Shown in pieces: positions 56,750-64,000 of a DNA stretch of 64,000 bases. The translations under genes and the position numbers were made by a program. The stretch is from an uncultured delta proteobacterium (GTDB lineage: Bacteria > Desulfobacterota > Binatia > Binatales > Binataceae): contig CAWCDG010000004.1 of assembly GCA_963794325.1 (NCBI GenBank), positions 1,703,972-1,767,971 of the forward strand. The letters run 5' to 3'. Under the pieces are notes generated by a model that did not search any database, had not been told where the DNA came from, and saw only the letters and a list, made by a program, of their open reading frames with translations. Every line of letters begins with the position of its first letter. The first letter of the stretch is position 1.

Positions 56750-57100
56750 GGGGATGGGAAGGGGAAATCACTTGATTAAATGTGAAACCCTCCGCGGGTT
56801 TCATTTTTCACTGCTTCCGCGGCAGGGGTGACCCCTGCACCCAGTGATAATCGCAAAACGGCGAGGACGCCATTTTCCTCTCAAGTTCTTTTCTTGGGTC
56901 ATTCTAGTGTCGCGTCCCACAAATATCTTTAAAAGTGATCTGGATCGTTCTGGACGGCCACCCAGGAGGCTTTCAAGTCTCGGCCATCCTTTCTGTTCCC
57001 CCTTTCCCACGGGAAAGGGGGTGAAGGGGATAGGACGGGTGGAATAGTTGCCTCATATCCGGTTCCCCTTCCCTCGAGGGAAGGGGTTAGGGGTTAGGTT
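56750..57100. repeat. Mosaic intergenic repeat block; its right half is the inverted partner of 58510-58625
   Basis: Modules: GGGAAGGGGAAATCACTTGATTAAATGTGAAACCCTCCGCGGGTTTCA, GGCAGGGGTGACCCCTGCACC, CCCACAAATATCTTTAAAAG, CTGTTCCCCCTTTCCCACGGGAAAGGGGG...GGTTCCCCTTCCCTCGAGGGAAGGGGTTAGGGGTTAGG. Confidence 0.65.
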
Positions 57101-57262
57101 TTTTACATCGACTGCCATGCGTGCACATTCACTTTTTGTGTCACGACTTTTTCCCTGCGCCAGCTGTAAACGATCCTTTCGCCCGCTGCGTCTTACATTC
57201 GATTCGCAAATTCATTAATCCGATTGCTCTGCAATCGACGTACAGGCAGGAGGAGTATCTGT

Positions 57263-58420
57263 ATGTTTCTATCTCTACGAAAATGGCCGGCAGCTTTCCT
57301 CGCCGCGCCACTTGCGCTTGGTCTCGCATCGGGATTGGCCTGCGCTGAAACCTTCGACGCACCGCTGGTTCAATGCAAATCGGTCATTGCGCCATCCATG
57401 CTTACAACCTGCGCGGCGGTCCAGGATCCGCTCAAGCGCGGCGGTGCGACGATCAACGATCAAGGCGACGTGACGGTGATAGTCGCCGGCGCCGCGACCA
57501 ATACTACGTATGCCGTCAGTCTCGTCTCGAACGACGGCACTCAGACAACGTCGATTGGCAATCTGAAGACCGGTGTCGCGGGAGACGGCGCGTTTCGCAA
57601 GGACGCGTTCTTCAAATTCGGGACGGTCGGCGCCGGCAACGTGGTGCTGAGCAGCGGCGGCGAGCAATTCGTCACCGGGCTGTCGATCTCGAGCAACGGC
57701 CTCGAATCGGCGCGCGATTTCCAGCCGGCGCTGGTGCGATGCACCGACGTGACGGCGCCGGGAGGTCTTTCAGGTTGCGGCAGCGATTCTTTGACCAGGG
57801 GCCGGGTCGATATTGAGAACGCCGACGGCGCACTATCGATCCATGTGATCGGCGCGCGGCCCAGTACTAGCTACACGGCTATCCTGCGAGCGCCGGGCGG
57901 CGGGACGACTCCACTAGGAACCGTTGGGCCGACAGATAAGGCGGGCAACGGCATGCTGATTGTCTCGAATGCGTTCGCGGCCGGCACGATTGGATCGGGA
58001 TCGGTCGTGTTGCAGAGCAGCAGCACGGATGAGTTCGTCTCGGGATTCAAAGTGGATCAGAAATTCGTGCGTCCGGAAGTTTCAGCGTCGAACCTGGTGC
58101 CGTGCGGAAGCGTGACCGATCCGATACTTGCGAACTGCGGCAGCGATCCGCTCGACAGGGGCGCATACGAAGTGAACGCGGCAGGCAGAGTCAACGTGAG
58201 GTTGACGGGCGCGAATCCAAGCACGAATTACGAGTTGTTCTTCCGACCGCTCGACGATTCGGGTGACGTGGACACAGGCATTGCGATACCGACGAACGCG
58301 CTAGGCAATGCCGAGACGGGCCTGAAGAAGTTCTTCACGCCGAATACCGTCGCCTCGGGAACGTTCGTGGTGAAGTCCGGGACCTTTGACGAGTTCGTGG
58401 CGGGGTTCGAGCTGCACTGA
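57263..58420 (+). CDS. Secreted protein with three ~130-aa internal repeats
   Basis: Signal peptide (MFLSLRKWPAAFLAAPLALGLASGLACA). Three units of the form C..V.AP..L..CG.DPL.RG...N..G.V.V...GA.P.T.Y. No family assigned. Confidence 0.5.
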   Translation: MFLSLRKWPAAFLAAPLALGLASGLACAETFDAPLVQCKSVIAPSMLTTCAAVQDPLKRGGATINDQGDVTVIVAGAATNTTYAVSLVSNDGTQTTSIGNLKTGVAGDGAFRKDAFFKFGTVGAGNVVLSSGGEQFVTGLSISSNGLESARDFQPALVRCTDVTAPGGLSGCGSDSLTRGRVDIENADGALSIHVIGARPSTSYTAILRAPGGGTTPLGTVGPTDKAGNGMLIVSNAFAAGTIGSGSVVLQSSSTDEFVSGFKVDQKFVRPEVSASNLVPCGSVTDPILANCGSDPLDRGAYEVNAAGRVNVRLTGANPSTNYELFFRPLDDSGDVDTGIAIPTNALGNAETGLKKFFTPNTVASGTFVVKSGTFDEFVAGFELH

Positions 58421-58479
58421 ATCTAAAATCGCGCAGACTGGCGGGCGGCTCGAGCGAATCGAGTCGCCCGCTTCGTTTC

Positions 58480-58625
58480 CAGCGTGCTGTCCCGCAAATA
58501 TCTTTAAGAACAGAGCCCTAACCCCTGGCCCCTTCCCCAACAAAGGGGAAGGGGATTTGAGGCAACAATTCCGTCCCGTCCTATCCCCCTCACCCCCTTT
58601 CCCGCGAGAAAGGGGGAACAGAAGG
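58480..58625. repeat. Mosaic repeat block, inverted copy of 56900-57100
   Basis: The reverse complement of 56990-57100 aligns to 58510-58625 at roughly 85% identity (CCCTAACCCCTGGCCCCTTCCCC...AAAGGGGGAACAGAAG). CCCGCAAATATCTTTAAGAAC also recurs. Confidence 0.6.
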
Positions 58626-58631
58626 TCTCTT

Positions 58632-60164
58632 CTAAGGAGTGGATCGGTCGAGCGATCGATACTGAATCGCCTCGCTCACGTGATGCGCGGCGATCGCGGC
58701 GGAACCGTCGAGATCGGCAATCGTGCGCGAGACTTTCAGGATGCGCGTGTAGGCGCGCGCGCTCAGGCCGAGGCGGTTGATCGCCAGCTCGAGCAGACGC
58801 TCGCCGCCGGCCTCGATTTGGCAGTGCACGCGAAGATCGCTCGCGCGCATCTGCGCGTTGCAGAAAAACGGCATCCCCTTGAAGCGCGACAGTTGCGCCT
58901 CGCGCGCACGATTCACGCGATCGCGAATTGCTATCGACGGTTCTCGCGCGACGCGGTCGGTCAGGTCCTTGTACTTCACCGCGGGCACCTCGATGTGGAT
59001 GTCGATGCGATCGAGCAGCGGTCCTGAGATGCGCGAGCGATAACGCTGAATCGCGATCGGCGAGCATGAGCATTCGTGCTGCGGGTCGGTGTAAAAACCG
59101 CACGGACACGGGTTCATCGCAGCTACGAGCATCACCGAGGCCGGGAAGGTCAGCGTGCCCATCACGCGCGAGATGGTGATGCGCGCATCTTCGAGCGGCT
59201 GGCGCAGGACCTCGAGCACGTTCTTGCGGAACTCCGGCAGCTCGTCGAGGAACAGGACACCGTGATGCGCGAGGCTGACTTCGCCGGGGCGCGGAATCGA
59301 TCCGCCGCCGATAAGACCGGCGTCCGAGATCGTATGATGAGGGCTGCGAAACGGACGCGTCGTGATCAGCGCGCGACCGTCGAGCAGGCCCATCACCGAG
59401 TGCACCTTGGTGGTCTCGATCGCCTCCTCGAAGGTCATCGTCGGCAAGATCGACGGCAGCCGCTTCGCGAGCATCGTCTTGCCCGAGCCGGGCGGCCCGA
59501 TCATCAGGACGTTGTGACCGCCGGCCGCCGCGACTTCGAGCGCGCGCTTGGCCTGCTCCTGTCCTTTGACCTCGCTGAAATCGACGTCGTAAACGTTCGC
59601 CTCGCCGAACGCCGCGGTGAGATCGACCGGAATCGATTGCAGCGGGCGCAAGCCCTCGAAGAATTCGAAAGCCTCGCGCAGGCTCTCGACTCCGAGCACC
59701 GCGGTACCCTCGCCGACGACGGCGGCCTCGGAGGCATTCTCGCGCGGCAAGATCACGCCCTCGAACTTTGCGGATCGCGCGAGCAACGCAGTCGGCAGCG
59801 CACCCTTGATCCCCTTGATACGGCCGTCGAGCGCGAGTTCGCCGAGAATGAGATAGCCGCGCAGACGCGCGCGATCCTTGAGCACGTTTTGTGCGGCGAG
59901 AATTCCGAGCGCGAGTGGAAGGTCGAACGCCGAGCCCTCCTTGCGCGTGTCGGCGGGCGCGAGATTAATCGTCATCTTGCGCGTGGGAAATTCGAAGCCG
60001 GAATTTTTGATCGCCGACTTGACCCGATCGAGCGCCTCCTTGACCGCGCCTTCGGCCAGCCCGACCAATCGATGCGGCGGTATGCCGGCGCCGATGTCGA
60101 TTTCGACTTCGACGGGGAACGCGTCAACCCCGACCAGCGCGCTCGATATTACGCTTGCGTGCAA
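58632..60164 (-). CDS. YifB/ComM-family Mg-chelatase-like AAA+ ATPase
   Basis: N-terminal Lon-protease-like domain, Walker A ([15 protein letters not shown]), Walker B ([10 protein letters not shown]) and a C-terminal Mg_chelatase_C domain. Confidence 0.9.
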   Translation of the reverse strand: MHASVISSALVGVDAFPVEVEIDIGAGIPPHRLVGLAEGAVKEALDRVKSAIKNSGFEFPTRKMTINLAPADTRKEGSAFDLPLALGILAAQNVLKDRARLRGYLILGELALDGRIKGIKGALPTALLARSAKFEGVILPRENASEAAVVGEGTAVLGVESLREAFEFFEGLRPLQSIPVDLTAAFGEANVYDVDFSEVKGQEQAKRALEVAAAGGHNVLMIGPPGSGKTMLAKRLPSILPTMTFEEAIETTKVHSVMGLLDGRALITTRPFRSPHHTISDAGLIGGGSIPRPGEVSLAHHGVLFLDELPEFRKNVLEVLRQPLEDARITISRVMGTLTFPASVMLVAAMNPCPCGFYTDPQHECSCSPIAIQRYRSRISGPLLDRIDIHIEVPAVKYKDLTDRVAREPSIAIRDRVNRAREAQLSRFKGMPFFCNAQMRASDLRVHCQIEAGGERLLELAINRLGLSARAYTRILKVSRTIADLDGSAAIAAHHVSEAIQYRSLDRSTP

Positions 60165-60261
60165 AAATGACCTTCGCTGCTAACAGCCAGTTGACACTAG
60201 CGCAACGAGCGCCCCTGCGCGATGCATGTTATCTGGGGTACATTGTTACTTCGGTGACTGT

Positions 60262-60356
60262 TCCGAATGTCATTCTGAAGGCCGAAGGCCGTAGAATCCC
60301 GGACTCTGTGGGCTGCGGGACCCTACCGCTTCGCTTCAGGGTGACAGAAAAAGGGC
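60262..60356. repeat. MITE-like hairpin element variant (GTCATTCTGAAGGCCGAAGG ... CCGCTTCGCTTCAGGGTGAC)
   Basis: Imperfect inverted arms at 60269-60288 and 60336-60355. Located between the comM start and the paaX-like stop. Confidence 0.45.
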
Positions 60357-61183
60357 TACTCGCGCGGAGCGTGCGCGCGCATGAAGCGGCGCCAGATCTG
60401 CCGCGCATTCTGATCGTAGTCGGACATCACATTTATCAAATTACTCAGCGCGCGCTGCGGCATCAGCTCTTCGGGCAGCACCGGGTCCAGATTGATATGC
60501 CGAATCACGTCGCGCCCGAGCACCATCGATTCTGCTGCGGCAGTATCCAGTGGCAGGCGCTCGAGCTTGCTCTTGCTGGCGATCAATTCATCGGCGAGCG
60601 CGCGATACGTCGCGAGCATCGATGCGATGTCCCACAGTTCGGTCGCCTTCGCGCGCGCCTCGTCGTCGAGATCCTGCAAGCCCACCACCAGCGCCGCAGG
60701 ATGAAGCCCCAGCGCGCGCAATTGATCGCGCAGTCCCGCCACCGAATCGCGCAGATTGTCGGGGCGAATCCACAGACCGCTTTGAAGTTCGCGAAATCCT
60801 CGCAGGCGCATCGCGCGTTCGTGACGGCGTAGCGCGGCGCGATCGCTGCGCGGGATTGCGGCGTCGAAAACGCCAATCCACGCGCCCGACCACGGCTTGG
60901 CGAGGTTGTCGAGATGCCGCCACTTGCGCACTTCCTCGCGCATCGCCTCGCCCGACGGACTCAGCCGATAGCGCCCGCGACCGGTGTTCGCCGCGACCGA
61001 TTGCTCGACCAGCCGCGTCAGTGCCATCCGCAAACTCTGCTCCGAGAATCCCAGCGCAATTCCAACGCCCGCAATTTCCTGCACCGACATCTCGCGTGGA
61101 TATCGATTCGACAGGAAATCGATCACCAGCTCGCGCGCGGTGAGGTGCCGGGGTACATAACGAGGATTTGCAATCGTTGCCAT
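60356..61183 (-). CDS. PaaX-family transcriptional regulator
   Basis: N-terminal wHTH (LTARELVIDFLSNRY...MSVQEIAGVGIALGFSEQSLRMALTRLVEQS) and a PaaX_C-like C-terminal domain. Confidence 0.75.
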   Translation of the reverse strand: MATIANPRYVPRHLTARELVIDFLSNRYPREMSVQEIAGVGIALGFSEQSLRMALTRLVEQSVAANTGRGRYRLSPSGEAMREEVRKWRHLDNLAKPWSGAWIGVFDAAIPRSDRAALRRHERAMRLRGFRELQSGLWIRPDNLRDSVAGLRDQLRALGLHPAALVVGLQDLDDEARAKATELWDIASMLATYRALADELIASKSKLERLPLDTAAAESMVLGRDVIRHINLDPVLPEELMPQRALSNLINVMSDYDQNARQIWRRFMRAHAPRE

Positions 61184-61255
61184 TCTCTGTTACATACAGC
61201 TTCGTGAGGCAAAGATTAAACGCCCCGATACTTCAATGGAAGATTGGAGGATAGC

Positions 61256-62206
61256 ATGTTCCAGGCGCGTAGCGTTTTCTCCGACGACGAACTGCTGATG
61301 CTCAAGCGCAAGTCGCAGTGGCGCGCGGCGTGGATGATCTTTCACGCGTGGGCGGTGATCGCCGGTGCGATGGCGCTGTTCGTATGGTGGCCGAATCCGC
61401 TGACCTTCATCGCGGCGACGTTGATAATCGGCGCGCGGCAACTCGGGCTCGCGATTTTGTCGCATGACGCGTCGCACGGCCTGCTGTTCAGCAATATGAA
61501 GCTGAACGATTTCGCCGGCACGTGGCTGACCGACTACGCGCTGTTCGGCGACATGTACGCGTACCGGCCCTACCACGTCGCCGGGCACCATCGGTTCACG
61601 CAACAGAAAAACGATCCGGACCTCGGGCTGACGGCGCCGTTTCCGATCACGCGGAGCAGCATGCGGCGCAAGGTCATTCGCGATCTCACCGGGCAGACCG
61701 CCTACAAGCAGAAGAGGGCGCTGATCCGTCGCGCGTTCGGAAGCGCGGATATGACGGCCTCGCAGCGGCTCGCGATGGGCTGGAAGCGGCTGCACGGCGC
61801 GATCGTCAGCAACGCAATTATTTTCGCGATACTCGCGGCGACCGGACACTGGTGGCTATTCCCCGCGCTGTGGGTGTTCCCGTACATGACGTTCCACGAG
61901 CTGGTCGTGCGCATTCGAAGCATCGCCGAGCATTCGATGGCGCCCGACAACGACGACCCGATGCGCAACACGCGCACCACGCACGCGAACTGGCTGATGC
62001 GCGCATTCGTCGCCCCGTACTTCGTGAACTACCACCTCGAGCATCACCTGCTGATGGCGGTCCCGTGCTACAACCTCCCGCGCGCGCATCAAATCCTGTT
62101 GGCGAAGGGCTACGGACCGCGGATGGAGAAACAACCGGGCTACGCCGCGGTGCTCGCGCTGGCAACGTCGAAGGAGGAGCTATCGCAAATCCAGGCCGCC
62201 GCGTAA
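61256..62206 (+). CDS. Fatty acid desaturase family membrane protein
   Basis: Three histidine boxes: HDASHG, HVAGHH and EHHL. Confidence 0.85.
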   Translation: MFQARSVFSDDELLMLKRKSQWRAAWMIFHAWAVIAGAMALFVWWPNPLTFIAATLIIGARQLGLAILSHDASHGLLFSNMKLNDFAGTWLTDYALFGDMYAYRPYHVAGHHRFTQQKNDPDLGLTAPFPITRSSMRRKVIRDLTGQTAYKQKRALIRRAFGSADMTASQRLAMGWKRLHGAIVSNAIIFAILAATGHWWLFPALWVFPYMTFHELVVRIRSIAEHSMAPDNDDPMRNTRTTHANWLMRAFVAPYFVNYHLEHHLLMAVPCYNLPRAHQILLAKGYGPRMEKQPGYAAVLALATSKEELSQIQAAA

Positions 62207-62261
62207 TCCGCAAAATTTCAGAATCAAAGGTCCTCCACCCGCCGCTCGAAGACGAGCGTCG

Positions 62262-62285
62262 GCCTCCCCCCACTAAAGGGGGAGG
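62262..62285 (+). terminator. Hairpin between convergent desaturase and CoA-transferase genes (weak terminator candidate)
   Basis: gcctccccc-cactaaa-gggggaggc: a 9-bp stem followed by AATTTCAG. Confidence 0.3.
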
Positions 62286-62298
62286 CAATTTCAGAAAA

Positions 62299-63501
62299 TC
62301 AGGGCCAGACGGCGCCGTCCGCAACTAACTGCTCGCGGGCTGATTTGCCGAGGCCTAGTAGCTCGCCGAGGACGTAATCGAAATCTTCGCCGACTTCGGG
62401 GGCGATCCTGGTGACTTTTCCTGAGCCGTTGGAGAGCTTGAAGGGGATTCCGGTGACGTGCGTCGTCGCACCTTTATTGGTCGAGACTGCGGGCCAGAAG
62501 CCGCGCTCCTTCAGTTGCGGATCGCGGGCACAGAGATCGATGCCGTTCTCGACGACGCCCGCTGCGATGCCGGCGCGTTGCATATCGCCATCGCGTCTTC
62601 GGCGCTGTGTTCGGCGGTCCATCGCGAGACGTTGGCGTCGAGCTCGGCGCTGTTTTGCATCCGCAGATAGAGCGTGCGGAATTTTGGGTCATGAGCCCAG
62701 TCCGGGGAGCCGATTGCGGTGACGAAACGACGCCATTCGGGGCCGGTGCGGACGCTGATCGCGACCCATCGATCGTCGTCAGTGTCGAGTGGGCGGCATT
62801 TGTAAACGCCGTGCGGCGCTGCGGGACCTTCCTGCGAATTGTAGCCGGGCACCGACTGCGTGCGGCCGTTAGCCGAGATGTCGAGCAGCGCGGGGCCGAT
62901 TACGCTCGCGACGGCCTCGAACTGCGACAGATCGACGAACTGTCCGTGGCCCGTGCGGCGTCGATGCCATAGCGCGACCAGCGCCGCGAGTGCGCCCGAG
63001 TATCCACCGACCATGTCGGCGTACGAGTAGCCGTAGCCGGCCGGCGTGCCGTCGGGCTCGGCCATCAAGTGCGTGTATCCCGTGAGCGCCTGCAGCGTCG
63101 GGCCGTAACTGACGTAGCTCGAGCGCGGGCCGGTGTGGCCGAGACCGGACATGCTGATGCAGATGATGTCGGGCTTCACCTGCTTTGAGACTTTCGTAAT
63201 CCATCCCCCACATCCGCATCACGCGCGCGGAAAAATTATCCATCACGATGTCGCTCATCGCGGCGAGGCGGCGCGCCAGCTCGACGCCGCGCGGATGCTG
63301 CATGTTGAGCGCGACCGAAAGTTTGCTGCGATGCAGGTCGCATTGCAGGCCGAGCTTGCGATTGCCCATCGGCGGCGGATCCTTGCGCTCGACCTTGACG
63401 ACCTGCGCGCCATGGTCGCCGAGGATGCGCGTCGCGACCGGCCCGGCGACGACCCAGGTGAAGTCGAGGATGCGCACGCCGTCGAGCGGCATCGCGCACA
63501 T
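62299..63501 (-). pseudogene. CoA-transferase family III (CaiB/BaiF-like) gene interrupted by two single-base frameshifts (~63185 and ~62620)
   Basis: Three consecutive minus-strand ORFs cover the N-terminal (MPLDGVRILDFTWVVAGP), middle (KPDIICISMSGLGHTGP) and C-terminal thirds of the family. The first shift falls in a GG run (gcaggtgaag). Confidence 0.7.
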
Positions 63502-63503
63502 GG

Positions 63504-64000
63504 TCAGATCACTCCTTCGGCCGCGAGCACGGCGATCGCTTCAGGAGCCATCGCGAGCTCGTCGCGCAGAATCTCGCCGGTATGCTCGCCGACCAGCGGC
63601 GGGCGTCGCGTCACGCGCCACGGCGTGCCGTTGAAAAGATACGGCGCGCCCGGGTAGCGGAATTTGCGGCCGAGCTCGGGATGATCGACCTCGACAAAGT
63701 AGCCGCGCTCGATGAGCTGATCGTCGTCGAACAGCGCCTCGGGCGGACGCACTGTCGCGTAGGGCTGGCGCAAAAGCTGCGCGCGTTCGAGCAGCTCGTC
63801 GCGCGGATAATCCTTGACCCAATCGTCGAGCACGTCGAAGACATGCTCGGCCATCAGGTAGCGATACATCGGCTGCTGGTAGTTGGGATCGTCGAGGTCG
63901 GCCGCTTTGCCGTCGGACTTGACCCATTCGATCAGCGACGTCCAGTCGCCGAGCGTGCAATGCATGATGTAACCGTCGCGGCATTTGCCGACGCGAAAAA
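63504..64000 (-). CDS. CoA-transferase family III (CaiB/BaiF-like), C-terminal part; gene runs off the window end
   Basis: FVEVDHPELGRKFRYPGAPYLFNGTP...PLVGEHTGEIL C-terminal signature. The reading frame is open to position 64000. Confidence 0.75.
   Translation of the reverse strand, partial: FRVGKCRDGYIMHCTLGDWTSLIEWVKSDGKAADLDDPNYQQPMYRYLMAEHVFDVLDDWVKDYPRDELLERAQLLRQPYATVRPPEALFDDDQLIERGYFVEVDHPELGRKFRYPGAPYLFNGTPWRVTRRPPLVGEHTGEILRDELAMAPEAIAVLAAEGVI

Overview
High-GC (~65-70%) bacterial chromosomal window. The source organism is not certain, but the gene content and repeat style suggest an Acidobacteria- or Deltaproteobacteria-like soil metagenome bacterium. Two conserved housekeeping blocks are present. 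One is ffh-rpsP-KH-rimM-trmD-(SPOUT)-rplS. The other is an ExbB-ExbD-ExbD cluster in which a vWA membrane protein occupies the usual TonB position. An oligopeptide/dipeptide ABC transporter operon runs on the minus strand as oppA-oppB-oppC and oppD-oppF. The two halves are separated by a ~12.5 kb composite insertion at 26.5-39.0 kb. The insertion has three parts. (i) A high-GC cassette flanked by ~75-150 bp direct repeats. It encodes a secreted YVTN beta-propeller, a DsbA-like oxidoreductase and a 1021-aa hyper-cysteine tandem-repeat secreted protein. (ii) A low-GC block of four adjacent ORFs (33200-35652). These most likely form one ~815-aa gene broken by three homopolymer indels. It ends in a SEC-C (CPCGSGRKYKRCC) zinc motif and has no recognisable family. 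(iii) A 2.8-kb IS1595-family transposon-like unit with 24-bp terminal inverted repeats and 28-bp flanking direct repeats. It carries two cargo genes: a 281-aa unknown protein and a PIN-domain nuclease. Several families of intergenic hairpin or mosaic repeats occur throughout the window, often at gene 3' ends. Four single-base frameshifts hit otherwise conserved genes (oppC, a CoA-transferase twice, and an RnfD-like membrane protein), all within short G, C or T runs. No rRNA, tRNA or CRISPR array was recognised by eye. The best candidate for an undescribed system is the accessory island between oppC and oppD, specifically the transposon-borne 281-aa + PIN pair and the adjacent low-GC SEC-C ORF.
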